NCBI GenBank assembly: GCA_964016885.1
Contig: OZ024752.1
Location: forward strand, 40,114,001 to 40,178,000
Length of the DNA: 64,000 nt
From: Eledone cirrhosa
Taxonomy: Eukaryota
Direction of reading: 5' to 3'
Made by a program: the position numbers and the translations under genes. This document shows, piece by piece, positions 1 through 13,448 of this stretch (positions are counted from its first letter, which is position 1; every line of letters begins with the position of its first letter). Under the pieces are notes generated by a model. The model made no database searches. It was not told the origin of the DNA and saw only the letters and a program-made list of their open reading frames with translations.

Positions 1-100
1 TATATATATGCATGCTACTGTACGTCTGTATACATATATGTATGTACGTATACACACATACTTACATATATATATATATATGTACGTATACACACATACT

Positions 101-159
<59 letters not shown>

Positions 160-306
160 GTATACACACATACTTACATATATATATATACGTATACACA
201 CATACTTACATATATATATATATATACGTATACACACATACTTATATATATATATGTATATACGTATACACACATACTTACATATATATATATATATACA
301 CACATA
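1..306. repeat. (TA)n-embedded CGTATACACACATACTTACA minisatellite
   Basis: Motif recurs about 6 times. Confidence 0.85.
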
Positions 307-510
307 TTAATATCAGATAACAGAAGCATCGTAAATTCCTCTTGCTTTGCTGGGTTGTTTGTTTGTTTTTTTTTTCCACCAACATATCATATTACTTTCA
401 GTATTGTATAAAGAAAAAGAAAAACTACTATACCTGACTCAGACACGATTGATTATGTAACATACATAATACATAATACATAACATTGAAAATACTCACA
501 AAATACTCAC

Positions 511-744
511 CTTATGAACACTGTTCGGATCTTTTTGCCAAGCAGAATACATTTCTTCCAGGTAAGAAGACGAACTTCCATTGAGGAAGGGTTCTGCAGC
601 TGCTTGGGTACCATAGTTAATCCGATTTGATTTTGGGATGGAATTTGAAGTCTTGGATTGGTGGTTGTGGAGAGTAGTCCATGCCTGCCGCTGGTGCGTG
701 ACACGCACAGGGAATTTGAAAAACGTTCTGCTTATGCGGTACAT
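511..744 (-). CDS. OGDH: 2-oxoglutarate dehydrogenase E1, first coding exon (78 codons); gene continues left of the window
   Basis: Arg/Ser/Thr-rich mitochondrial presequence followed by the conserved [29 protein letters not shown] motif; ends AAG|GTGAGT donor (510-505), phase 0. Confidence 0.95.
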
Positions 745-1393
745 GGTTAAAACGTTCGTTTGATATGAAAATGTCTTATGTTGTGAAAGAGCCGAGGATT
801 TAAACGACGATCCAGTGTGGCCTTTTCCGTAGCCACTATCGTTGTTGGATTACTTCGTCGGAAGTTAACAAGATAGGTGTTGGGTAGTAAAATATCAACA
901 ATATTCACAGGTAACGAATTTGCTAAATGATTCGTCGTGCTGATTTCGGTACCAACAACTGTTATCTTTTGTGGAGGATTTTTTTTTTTTTTTTATCTTC
1001 TTTAACCTTGACAGTTTTTTGTTAGAGGCATTGTCAACACGCAAGGTTTAAATCGTTTGCAAAATAACTGGCTTTTTAGCCAGTTACTCAAAGTCGTTTA
1101 AAACTTTAAATGTGATATAAGGATATTAAATATATTTTAAAAACAATCAAACACGAGAGAAATTTTAGGATCCTCCAATGCTTTTTGGCTTAAATGAGTG
1201 AAATATGGCGACGTCGAAAGCCAAAATAGTCTGAAATAAATAAGATTTAGAAATCAAATAGTTACTGGAAAAATTAACAGAAAATTTTAAACTAACAGAT
1301 AATTCGAAAGAAAAGAATCTCAAAATTAATTTAACATATAATATATAAATATATAGATAATGAAAGTTGTATTATAATTTAAATCTAACTTAC

Positions 1394-1440
1394 CTCAGAT
1401 CTCCTCAAGCGCGGTCATTTACACTACCGTCGTCAGCTAC
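1394..1440 (-). other. OGDH: Probable non-coding first exon of OGDH (intron 1231-1393; next exon 1230-511)
   Basis: Strong donor GAG|GTAAGT at 1393-1388; acceptor TTTATTTCAG at 1240-1231; locally CpG-containing; TSS position is approximate. Confidence 0.55.
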
Positions 1441-1451
1441 ACTCTGCCTGA

Positions 1452-1490
1452 TGACGTCATAGCTCTCTAACAGACGCTCTGATTGGTCAA
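1452..1490 (-). promoter_or_regulatory. OGDH proximal promoter: CRE palindrome and CCAAT box
   Basis: TGACGTCA at 1452-1459; GATTGG (CCAATC on minus) at 1481-1486, directly upstream of the putative exon 1. Confidence 0.6.
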
Positions 1491-1766
1491 CTTAGTGGTG
1501 GTAGTTAAACACGCAGTGAAGACAACTTCCTTCATAATCATATTGGCTTGAACTTTTCCGAAAATGTTTTACTAACTTCTTTCTTCTTCTTCATCTTTGC
1601 ACTTTTAAAACGAATACGTTACAAACTGTTTGTTTCGTTGTTGATTTTTTTTAGTTCTCTTTTTTTTCATTTATATTATATTAAAACTACAGTTGATTTT
1701 TTTAAATATATATATATATATATATATTAAAACATGTATATATTTATTTTTATATTCAAATTAAAT

Positions 1767-1898
1767 ATGATGATGAAATATTTGCTTTAAATTCAATTTT
1801 CAATTTTTCTAGTTTAGATTTTTTTTAAAGAAGTCTAAACACAAATAAATATTTTAGATGAGATTGTTATACACAGGTGATGCTTATTTTTTAAAAAA

Positions 1899-1930
<32 letters not shown>

Positions 1931-2047
1931 AAATAAGCATCACCTGTGTGTATAACAATCTCGTCTAAAATTTTTGTTTGTGTTTAGACTTCTTAAAAAA
2001 AAATTTATACTAGAAAATTGAATTTAAAGCAAATATTTCATCATCAT
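1767..2047. repeat. Inverted repeat (about 130-bp arms) around an (AT)n loop
   Basis: ATGATGATGAAATATTTGC...CACAGGTGATGCTTA / TAAGCATCACCTGTG...GCAAATATTTCATCATCAT. Confidence 0.85.
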
Positions 2048-4669
2048 CATTATACTATGTTTCATGTTTCATCATCATAATCGCCGAGCCCGGTCTATAT
2101 ATTTTCACTTTTTAAATTAGAGAGAAACTGCAGCGCCCCTTGTTAGCTTTTCGTTTCATTCTTACATGATCGATAAAATAAAGTACCAGTAACGCACTGA
2201 GATCGATTTAATCGACTTCCCGTCTCCCAAAATTGTTGGTCTTCTACTTAAATCAGAAACCATTATTCCATTCCCTTTTTTGTCTCTTTTTTAAAGTACT
2301 AAAGGAACCAACAATAATGAGGAATCTACAGAAATCGTAGAATCTTTCTAGATTTCTCAAAAACGGTTTAATTATTATATATAGTAAATGCGTGTAGTAT
2401 GTAGTAACTGTTATAACTAGTAACCATTTCTTATATAAATTCCAGGGATAAAAACGATGTCTTTAAACATTTAACTCCAATCATTAATTATTTTATTACA
2501 TATATAAACAAATAAATATATTTAAGAGAGAAATAAGAAGTTACTGTGTTTTCTAGTTACAGAATCTAAATAGGCATCTTTTCCCCATTACAATACAAGA
2601 ATCTATTAATTCAAGATTTCTTTTCTCCTTCTGTTTCGTTTATTTATATTTTGTTTGTGACCTAGTTTATTAAATATGATTGATACAGCCGCTGTGCTAA
2701 ACAAAGGCCTGACAAAAAAAAATCTACGCATTTCAAAATGTTTTGATGACCCATTCATAGGTTAGAGATCATTGCATTAACACACATGTAAAAAATAAAG
2801 TAAACTTCATACATCTAGAAGTTAAAGGTCAGAACAATAATTGTATGTGATAATATTATGGCATTTAAATTCAATACTAGATGCCAGAGAAAGAAAGGAT
2901 TGTGGTAAATGAGATTAAAACTTGCATTCCCCATACTACTATACAAACCCAGCAAGCTACAGAATATGATAAAGAAAATGTCAGGTAGAAAAATAATGTT
3001 ATGTAAAGTGTTGGGTGGAGTATATATGAAGTTAATATAAGCAAGGTAGGAGGTGAATTGGCAGAATCGTTAGAAAGTTGGATAGAATGCTTTTCTAGTA
3101 TTTGTTTCTACTCTCTGCTCTCAAAGTTCAAATTCTGTGGATGACACCTTTGTCTTTCATCCATTCGAGGTCAATAAAAAAAGTACCAGTCTTGTAATGG
3201 TGTAGATTCTTCCTCTATATCTCTTTCTCACTTCAATTTTCTCACACTCTCTATCTTTCTCTGGAAGAAATCTTCTGTATTCAGACGTGGAGAGGATTGG
3301 GCTCTGACATCATCATCATCATCATCACCATTTTACGTCTATTCTTCCATACTAGCATGGGTTAGACAGGTTGTCCTGTTGTGGGTAATGCCAGGCCGGG
3401 TGACCATATCTTGCTCATACGGAACTGATTTTGGCTTGATTTCTACAGCTGGATGTCCTTCCTAACAGCAGCCTCATTTACAGTGAGGGCTGGGTGCCTT
3501 TAAACTGTGGCACCTACACGACCACTTTACAGTTAGTACTGGGTGCTTTTTGTCATGACACCTACACGACCACTTTACAGGGGGGGGGGGATACTGTCTA
3601 TATGTTTCAGCTTCGGCTTGTACCCGTGGGAAGTCAGGTCTTCTGTATTAAAAAACACCTTAGAAACATTATATGTCAATACAGCGCCCTTATGACTCCC
3701 TCGGGAGTTATGGGACCATCCATGCATAACCAAGGTAAACAAAAGCAGATAATAAATACAATATCATAATCAACGGCGATTCCCACATTGACAGTCAGTG
3801 GCATAACTAGTGTATGTGCCACCATTGAGTTTGCTCTCCACATATCCAGTCCTAAATAAATGAGGTCGTGTAGGTGTCACGACAAAAAAAACACACAGTC
3901 CACGCTGTAATGTGGCCGTGTAGCTAACACGGTAAAAACCTCCCAGTCCACACTGTAAACCTGGTTGGTGTTAGGAAGAGCATCCAGCCGTAGAAAACCT
4001 GCCAGACAGTCCTATATGAGCAAGACAACCAATCTTGCCTCACGTGAGACAATTCCCGTCTAAACCCATGCTAGCGTGGAAGATAGACATTAAACGATGA
4101 TGATGATGATATTCAAATATATACAACAAACTCAAAAGTACCACCACCATAAAAGAACTGCCTGATACACCTTCTGTTCAACCCGAACCCTAATAGCTAG
4201 AACACTCATCATAGAAACTGATGAGGGACCATTTCATGAGCAGGTTGTTCCTTTGATTGAACAACTATAGCATTGCTCATAGAAATTAATAGAGGACCAT
4301 TTATCAATGTTAAAGTAACACATTCTAAATATACATTCCCCCTGTAATGAAAAACACTTAAAATATTACTTTTGATATGTTAATGTAATTAATAGCTTTT
4401 AATCTATTTACCTACTTTTGTGACAATTATCCAGCAATTTGTATTTGTTTACTGAAGTTTCTCTTCAAAGCTTTCATATATATCAGTTTATATATAATTT
4501 TTTCATTGTTATTATCACATGAAACAAAATACATCCATTTCTTTAAAGTAAACCTGTCATTTATTCATATCAACTTCCACAGTGAGAGTAGGATTGGTTA
4601 AAATAGGACATTGTGTGAGGTTTTTATATTGTAACCCAAGAGTTGATATTTTATTGAAATATTTTAAGA

Positions 4670-5575
4670 TACGAGGGCTGGACGAAAATTTCATAGGCTG
4701 ACTATGAGAGAGTGATGCCAGAGCTGTGAAATCTTGCATGTATTAAATTCAACCCTTCTTCTTAATAACTGTATTATTTATTTCTAAAGACTATATTGAA
4801 AAATAAACCTCATATGGCCATTCCATGAGAGTATCTTGGTCAGCTTATGACTAGAGTGATGCTAGAGTTATGAAATCTTGCATGCATTAATTTCAATTCT
4901 TCTTATTAATAACTGTATTATTTATTTCTAGAGACTATGTTGAAAAATAAACCTCATATGGCCATTCCATGAGAGTATCTTGGTCAGCTTATGACTAGAG
5001 TGATGCTAGAGTTATGAAATCTTGCATGCATTAATTTCAATTCTTCTTATTAATAACTGTATTATTTATTTCTAGAGACTATGTTGAAAAATAAACCTCA
5101 TATGGCCATTCCATGAGAGTATCTTGGTCAGCTTATGACTAGAGTGATGCTAGAGTTATGAAATCTTGCATGCATTAATTTCAATTCTTTTTATTAATAA
5201 CTGTATTATTTATTTCTAGAGACTATGTTGAAAAATAAACCTCATATGGCCATTCCATGAGAGTATCTTGGTCAGCTTATGACTAGAGTGATGCTAGAGT
5301 TATGAAATCTTGCATGCATTAATTTCAATTCTTCTTATTAATTGTTTCTACTTTAGGCACAAGGCCAGCAATTACCCAGTGCATTACTGGTACTTTATTT
5401 TATCGACCCCGTAAGGATGAAAGGCAAAGTCAACCTCGGCGGGATTTGAACTCAGATCGTAAAGGGACGTAACTATGTATTATTTATTTCTAGAGACTAT
5501 GTTGAAAAATAAACCTCATATGGTCATTCCATGAGAGTATCTTGGTCAGACTGATTTTTTCAGCTGACCTATGTC
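4670..5575. mobile_element. Mariner-type MITE with internal 144-bp unit amplified about 5x; truncated SINE inserted at about 5341-5475
   Basis: Starts TACGAGGG; related copies near 8975-9155, 31300-31490, 32325-32670, 49420-49630 with TIR-like ends. Confidence 0.65.
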
Positions 5576-6461
5576 AGGTATGTGCAGAAACTGGAATAGG
5601 TATCATCCTGATGAGCTTCTGGGCTTGAATCAGACTTTAGACTTTTAGACTAACTTTATTTGTGATAACAGGAATATAAGTTATGATAAGAAATAACTTA
5701 ATTCTGCAATAAATGATCTTGTCTGTGGGGCGTAACCCCAACACTGCCGCACCCTAGACCCAGAGCCCATCACACTACCCCCTTCACATTTTTCTGTGAC
5801 CCCAGAGCCCTAGACCTTCCTTTCATTTTCTGTTTTTTTTTAATATCTGTAGTGTTGTTGTCATTTGAAGTAGATTTCTTTATGATTTTTATTAATAAAA
5901 CATAGGCGGTGGATTGGTAGTATCGGTAGAGGGTCGGATGCCATGCTTTGCAGCATAGAGTAGCGGCCCTTTATGATCTGAGTTCAAATTCCGCCGAGGT
6001 TAACTTTGCCTTACAGGTCTGATAAAATAAAGTACCAGTAATGCACTGGGGTAATTGCTGGCCTTGTGCCAAAAGTAGAAACAATTATTATTATTATAAT
6101 CGGTAGAGCATCAGACACCATGTTTTGCAGCATAAAGTTACGGCCCTTTATAATCTGAGTTCAAATCTCGCCAAAGTTAACTTTGCCTTTCATCCTCACG
6201 AGGTCGATAAAATAAAGTACCAGTCACGCACTGAGGTCGATTTAATCGACTTTCCAAACCCCCCTCCCTTATGTTCATAGTTCAAATTCCACTAAGGCCA
6301 GTTTTGCCCTTTATCCTTCCAGGGTTGGTAAATCAAAGTACCAATCAAGTACTAGATTTGATATCATTAACTCCCCCCCCCCCCCACACACACACACACC
6401 TCTTCCTGTATTACTGTTATTTATTTTATAGAATCTGAAAGTATGAAAAGCTAAATCAACT

Positions 6462-6957
6462 TTAACCCTTTAGCATTTAAACCGGCCATATCCAGCCAGA
6501 ATTCTCTTATCTCTTTCTGTTCAAATTGGCTGTAACCAGCCGCTCATACTGACGTTAAAGTATTGTTCTCAAAATAAATAAATATCAAAAGCTCATCGAT
6601 CTGATATTATGTGAGGTAAAGCCTTTACCACAAAAATATAATAGTAAATATTGAGTAATGTAAATGCTAAAGGGTTAAACAGGATTCAAACTCTAGATGC
6701 AAGTATCATTGTTTGCATGGCTGAATGGTTAACCCTTTAATGTTCAAACCGGCCAAAACCGGCCAGAATTCTCTACATCTTTCTGTTGAAACTGGCTGTA
6801 TCTGGTCACTCAAACTGGTGTTAAGGTATTGTTCTCAAAAAAGATACTTTTAAATCTCATAGATTCGATATTATGGGAGATAATTATGTGAGGTAAAGCC
6901 TTTACCACGAAAATATAATAGTAAATATAAAGTAATGTGAATGCTAAAGGGTTAAAG
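6462..6957. mobile_element. Two adjacent piggyBac-type MITEs (about 210-230 bp each)
   Basis: TTAA-CCCTTTA...TAAAGGG-TTAA ends; same family near 17480-17706, 22340-22545, 25203-25431, 48751-48979, 59702-60102. Confidence 0.7.
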
Positions 6958-7395
6958 AGTTAATTTCACAATCATTGGGTCCCAGGTTCAATCCTATTAT
7001 ACAGTATCTTGAGCAAGTGTCATTTACCATAGCTTTAGGTTGACTCATATCATGTGAGTGAAACCAAGTAGACAGAAATTGTTTGTAAGCCTGACAAATG
7101 GACTGTACCTGTAATTTCAAATTGCTAACCATATCCCCACCGTGTCATGCTGAATCTCGCTAAGAATGACATTAAAGGTACATGTAGCTGGGGAATGCTC
7201 AGCCACTTACATTGATTGAACAATTGGAGCATTCATCATCGAAACCAACAGAGCTTCTACAGAATACAAACTTTCATGCTCTGTTCTTTGATCAATAACT
7301 TTAGTATATACTTAAATATAAGCTGAGGAATATCTGACCCCAAAAATTGTTGGTAAAATGGAGGGAGAGAGTTGTTTTATATACATCATCATAAC

Positions 7396-8188
7396 CAGGG
7401 GTGAGCAACATATTCCATTGGCAGGCCACTTTTGAACATTGGAACAACTATTAGGGCCATTAATATTTATTAAGTACTATTCCAACTTCTTTCCATAACA
7501 GGGAACTGGGAAATTATAACACACATAACCGTATCAGTGAAGCCCTTTAGTATAGGTCAACTGGGAAATTATAACACACATAACCCTATCAGTGAAGCCC
7601 TTTAGTATAGGTCAACTGGGAAATTATAACACACATAACCCTATCAGTGAAGCCCTTTAGTATAGGTCAACTGGGAAATTATAACACACATAACCCTATC
7701 AGTGAAGCCCTTTAGTATAGGTCAACTGGGAAATTATAACACACATAACCCTATCAGTGAAGCCCTTTAGTATAGGTCAACTGAGAAATTATAACACATA
7801 ACCCTATCAGTGAAGCCCTTTAGTATAGGTCAACTGGGAAATTATAACACATAACCCTATCAGTGAAGCCCTTTAGTATAGGTCAACTGGGAAATTATAA
7901 CACATAACCCTATCAGTGAAGCCCTTTAGTATAGGTCAACTGGGAAATTATAACACATAACCCTATCAGTGAAGCCCTTTAGTATAGGTCAACTGGGAAA
8001 TTATAACACACATAACCCTATCAGTGAAGCCCTTTAGTATAGGTCAGCTAACAGAAAATTGTATTACAGTTACGAAAAAAATACTAAATAAGCCTACAAG
8101 GTAAAAATTAAAAACGGTCATTGCAGGCCACTCTGACTGGTCTGGTGGGCCGGATTGTGGCCCATGGGCCACCTGTTGCACACCCCTG
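7396..8188. mobile_element. hAT-type MITE containing a 53-55-bp minisatellite (about 10 copies, 7504-8047)
   Basis: TIRs CAGGGGTG.GCAAC / GTTGC.CACCCCTG; degenerate 8-bp TSD ATCATAAC/ATCTAAAC. Confidence 0.7.
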
Positions 8189-8394
8189 ATCTAAACAATG
8201 TGTTGATTAGATGCCACAGCTTATAAATGGGCTTTAGATTTTTGCCTATTTTTCAGACATAAAATAGGTGTGTGTGTTGGGGTGGTTATATTTAAATCAG
8301 TTCATATTCAAATAATTATCATAATTATTTCTACGCTTCACTTCTAAGAAAAATAAGGAGACCTCTTTTACTAAATAGGAAGATGGGAAAATGA

Positions 8395-8763
8395 CAACAA
8401 AAGCACCTTGATGGAACTGACACTCGCCTGATTCAATGTATTCAGAACATAAACTGGCAACATCTGACTTTGAGAGAGATTTATGCCGGCCTCCCACGCA
8501 TATCTGTTGTTGTACATAAAAGGAGAGTAAGATTTGCTGGCCACTACTGTCATGCCACCTATGAGGTTGTGTCCCCATTAGGGCTTTGGAAACCACAAGC
8601 AGTCATTAATAACAGGGGGTGCAAGCTCTCCTATCCCGATGTCATCTCCAGAGATTCTGGTATTGAAGAAATCCAGGACTTGGCAACGGCAATGAACAAC
8701 AGACCCACGTGGAGATCAATAGTTTAGTCCGTTTCAGCTGAGGACGCCCGATGATGATGATGA
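8395..8763 (+). mobile_element. RTE/RTEX-type LINE 3' fragment with (TGA)n tail
   Basis: LPRIS..RRVRFAGH...GCKLSYPDVISRD...AMNNRPTW. Confidence 0.75.
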
Positions 8764-9533
8764 ATGATACAAAATATATTGTTGTTTTTTTTTCAAGAGT
8801 TGTGTTTCAGTGTTGCTACCACTGGTTTCCTTCTGTTAGCATTTCTTTTCTTTTGTATCAATGAAATATTCTCTGCATATAAAACAGGTTTATCAGTATC
8901 TTTTGATAAAGGAACAAACAATTCAGAGATAAAAATATCCTGGGTTTATTGTACAAGGATTAACTGAAAAGTACATTGTCTGACCAAGATACTCTCATGA
9001 AATGACTAAATGAGGTTTATTTATTCAACATAGTCCCTGGAAAGAAACAATGCAGCTATTAATAAAAAGACTTTAAATTAATGCATGCAAGATTTCACAG
9101 CTCTAACATCACTCCTTCATAGTTGGCGTATGAACTTTTCAGCTGACCCTTGTATAGCAATGTCTTGTAGGAAAAAGCAGGGAAAAGCGGTCGTAAAATA
9201 ATGATGATAATATTGTCCAGTTGCCTCATCTGGTAGAAGAAGAAAAAAACACATCCAGATCTCAAGCAAATCACATCCTTCCATCTTAGAAAAATGTGAT
9301 ATAAGATAATGTAGAAGTATATATATATAAAGTGATTTAAAAAAAGATGAAATGGTCACAACTTGAATGCCTTTGATCATAAGTCTTCTCAAAAAGGGCT
9401 GACCTGGGGTTAAAGAACAACAACTTTTTAAGTAAATACTTTTTGTTTTGGTAGTTTATTCGTAAAACAATCAACTGTTTCTTAAAATATATATATAGTT
9501 TATAATCAGTTGTGTGTATATGTATATATATAT

Positions 9534-9576
<43 letters not shown>

Positions 9577-10001
9577 AGGAATGTGCTAGCATGGGAGGTC
9601 TTAAAAGACACATAAGAACACGCAGCCAGAACAAAGCAATGGAAAGTCCCAGAAGAGCCTAGAGTTGTCATGTATGTGTCAGAGGGTGCAAGTCTTTGGC
9701 AGTTTTAAAGAGCCACATTCGTGCCTCACATTTCTGAACATTTTATCGGATGATGGCAATGCTCGAACACGAGTTTGCAGCCATCATGTATATATATTTA
9801 TATATATTTTGTCGGCAAGTATGAAATTTGTAGAAATTTTTAGAAAAAACAAAAATTTCTACAAATTTCATACTTGACGACCCAATATATGCTATATATA
9901 TATATATATATATATATATACTGCCAATTCAACTTTTTCAAATACAAGTCGATGTTGTTACGGTATGTCAAATCTATTTATCTATAAAACTGTTTATATT
10001 G

Positions 10002-10067
10002 TATTTTGTCTGAGGAAGGCATAGCATATTGTTAATATGATATCCCTGAAATATATATAATGAAATA
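10002..10067 (+). ncRNA. Type I hammerhead ribozyme (family also at 12299-12363, 35384-35448 and degenerate near 15930-15990)
   Basis: UAUUUUGU-CUGAGGA-AGGCAUAGCAUAUU/AAUAUGAUAUCCCU-GAAA-UAUAUA-UA^-AUGAAAUA, overlapping an AATAAA. Confidence 0.65.
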
Positions 10068-10194
10068 AATATGGTTTTATAAATATAGTTTCCATTTATT
10101 TAATATTGTAAAAATACTCCAAATACTTGTTGAGTGCTTTTATATCAGTTATAAATATTTACTAGTTGTAACCCAACAATTTAAATATAACTTT

Positions 10195-10224
<30 letters not shown>

Positions 10225-10228
<4 letters not shown>

Positions 10229-10570
10229 TCATCATCATCATTTCATTTTACATCCACTTTTCCCTGCTTGCAAGGATAGGACGGGAACTGATTCTGGCTT
10301 GATTTCTACAGCTGGATGCCCTTCCTAACACCAACCTCATTTACAGTGAGTGCTGGGTGCTTTTTTGCCGTGGCACCTCCACGACCACTTTGCAGTGGAA
10401 TGATAGGGACCCCAGTCCCTATCATCTCATTTCTACAGCTGAGTAAACTGGAGCAATGTGAAATAAAGTGTCTTGCTCAAGGAAACAACACATCACCCGG
10501 TCTGAGAATTGAACTCACAACCTTTCGATTGCAAGGCCAATGCTCTAACCACTAGGCCATGTGCCTCCAT
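10225..10570 (-). mobile_element. CORE-type tRNA-derived SINE with RTE-like tail (family also near 37615, 39040, 41395, 49925, 57210)
   Basis: Head TGGAGGCACATGGCCTAGTGGTTAGAGC...GAGTTCAATTC; CORE-like CCTTGAGCAAGACACTT; (TGA)n tail. Confidence 0.8.
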
Positions 10571-11186
10571 ATATATATATATATATATGTGTGTATATGT
10601 GTGTGTAATAATAGTAAAGAGTAGGTATGAGGTGTCAAAATATCATCATTATCTTTAATCATGTGTGACACACGTTTCGCAATCGCGATCGATCATCTCA
10701 AGGTACAATCAATATAGATCGCGGCGCCTCACCCTGGAATCAATAGCTCATCAAACTGATGAACCAAGGTAAACAGCAATAATCTGTGTATATGTATATA
10801 TAGTAGCGTGTAAGAAGAGAAGGCAGTTGGTGAACAGAGAACATGGAGGAAAGCAGGATGGCAGGGGTGGGGGGGTGATATAAGGGAGCAGGAGAGACTG
10901 TTATCATATGAAGAGGTAAATCAAATGACAGAGACTGCTATTGAAAGTCGGGAAGCAAAAAAGATGGAAGATGAAGGGAAGAGAAGGAGGGCGAGAGAAA
11001 AGGAAAGGGAAGAGAAAGAGAGAAAAGAATAAAAAGACTTCTAACAAAAGAGATTTTAAATATATAAATATATATCATCATCATCATCATCATCATCATC
11101 ATCGTTTAACGTCCATCTTCCACGCTTGCATGGGTTTGGACGGGAGTTTTCCCACTTGAGGCAAGATTGGTTGTCCTATGTATAGT

Positions 11187-11755
11187 ATATTTGGCAATAT
11201 ACCGTATGCTTAATTAAAAACATTTACAAGACCATACTCTACCAGTTTCAAAGTAGTGACTATGTCACTTACTTGTTTTCGGCGAAAGAAGGGAAAGAAG
11301 CTGACAGTCTGTTTCACGCTGGTTGGTGATCATCAGAGCCACGTACTCCCTTGCTTCTGCCTAAAATTATAGAAGCTGGATTCTTATAGAATTCCAGTAA
11401 TAATCAGGAGCTGATTATACAGAGCGATTGCTGGTCTAGCAAAAATTAGGTATTAGGATTGGTGCTCTGAAATAGCGATGTATACATGAATGAATGTATA
11501 ATATATTTGGCAATATACCGTATGTTTAATTAAAAACATTTAGAAGACCATACGCTATCAGTTTTAAAGTAGTGACTATGTCACTTACTTCTTTTCAGTG
11601 AAAGAAGGGAAAGAAGCTGACAGTCTGTTTCATGCTGGTTGGCATTCATCAGAGCCACGTACTCCCCTGCTTCTGCCTAAAATTATAGAAGCTGGATTAT
11701 GTATACATTCATGTATATATCGCTATTTCAGAGCATCAATCCTAATATATATCTA
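11187..11755 (-). mobile_element. 316-bp partial tandem element with a hammerhead in each unit plus an inverted terminal piece
   Basis: 11187-11380 is repeated at 11503-11697; about 11700-11750 is the reverse complement of about 11450-11500. Confidence 0.6.
11615..11656 (-). ncRNA. Minimal type I hammerhead ribozyme
   Basis: GGCU-CUGAUGA-AUGC(CAACCA)GCAU-GAAA-CAG(A)CUG-UC^-AGCU; a second copy with altered stem II at 11299-11340. Confidence 0.75.
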
Positions 11756-11907
11756 TATATATAGCAAAAGAATGAAGAATAACATGGTCAGCTGTACAAT
11801 AGGGTTTATTTACAGTATTAACAATTGTTTCATTAGTCCGGTGTGTCTAAAAGTCGATGATCATTAGAAGTTACGTCACTGGATTACCTTAAACAATACC
11901 TTGTTAT

Positions 11908-11957
<50 letters not shown>

Positions 11958-12045
11958 AAAGTTCTATTTAAAATTGTTGGGATACAACAAGTAAATATTT
12001 TTATAACTGATATAAAGCACTCGACAAGTATTTGGAGTAGATATA

Positions 12046-12403
12046 CGATATTAATAAATGGAAACTATATTTATAAAACCATATTTATTTCATTATACAT
12101 ATTTCAGGGATACCAAATTAAATTATGGTATGCCTTCATCATACAAAATACAATATATAACAGTTTTACAAATAAGCTTTGACGTACCCTATTAAAATAC
12201 AACCATTATTTTTGGAAGCCATCCGGATAGCTTCCAAAAATAATGGTTGCATTTTAATAGGGTACGTCAAAGCTTATTTGTAAAACTGTTATATATTGTA
12301 TTTTGTATGATGAAGGCATACCATAATTTAATTTGGTATCCCTGAAATATGTATAATGAAATAAATATGGTTTTATAAATATAGTTTCCATTTATTAATA
12401 TTG
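12046..12403. repeat. Near-perfect spacerless palindrome (about 180-bp arms) of the hammerhead-bearing element
   Basis: Centre ATCC|GGAT at 12224/12225; arms match almost base for base. Confidence 0.9.
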
Positions 12404-12529
12404 TATATATATATATATATATATACATATATAATAAAATGAGGCTTTTTTAAATTAAAAAAAAACAGATGTCTTACACGAGTGAAAGTATAAGGAAAAT
12501 AAATCATTTAAATATGATTTTCTAATTGT

Positions 12530-12860
12530 AAATAGAGGACAAGAAGACAAGCAAATACTGGGGCTTGTCTGGCCACTTCCTCTTTGCATTGGTCACCATT
12601 GAGACCTCAGGTTTCTTTGGACCCCATGCAGCTGAACTCCTCCATAAAATTGGAACAACAGTAGCCCATCCGAGGAAGAAGCCCCACAAGGTGAGGTGGC
12701 TGGCTGTTGTAGTGGATGTCGCTAATCATTGTCTGCAGAAGTACCTTTGCAGGGCACAGCCAAACCCTGCTCTAACCTAATAGTCCTTGTTCTTTCTTTC
12801 CCTCCTTTTCCTCTCATTTATGGCATTTATAGTTCATTCTATTGTAAATAGAATAATAAC
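12530..12860 (+). mobile_element. CRE-like (restriction-like endonuclease) retrotransposon 3' fragment
   Basis: EDKKTSKYWGLSGHFLFALVTIETSGFFGPHAAELLHKIG. Confidence 0.65.
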
Positions 12861-12971
12861 CACCTCACAGTGTGTACTGGGAACATTTTATCATGGTACT
12901 AGCACTACTACTTTACAGAGAGAGCTGGGTGTATTTTATCAAAGCAAACATCAGGACATACATATCATATA

Positions 12972-13007
<36 letters not shown>

Positions 13008-13314
13008 GAGGTTTATGTGTCAATTTTTTTTTTTTTTTTTTTTCCTAGATTTTCCCCTTTCTATTTTACAAGGAGAAAGCATTAGCTGCATTGAGAGAGG
13101 TGAAAGAAAAAGAAAGCATTATAAAAACTTGATTAGATAAGTAGGAGATTGACAGTATGACAATCAGCAGTTTATGAAACAGTCAGTCATGAGCAGACAA
13201 TAAAATATATACAGGGTTAGGTAACATTGTCAGAAAGGGAAGAGAAACCATGAGAAGTGTGAAGAAGAAACATAAGTTTCTACAATAAAGAGGAAATCAT
13301 AGAGGTAATATGAT

Positions 13315-13317
<3 letters not shown>

Positions 13318-13349
<32 letters not shown>

Positions 13350-13350
13350 C

Positions 13351-13448
<98 letters not shown>

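Noticed and set aside
4218-4260. CTGATGA motifs here and near 5608 as hammerheads
   Set aside because: No correctly placed stem II, GAAA and closing stems
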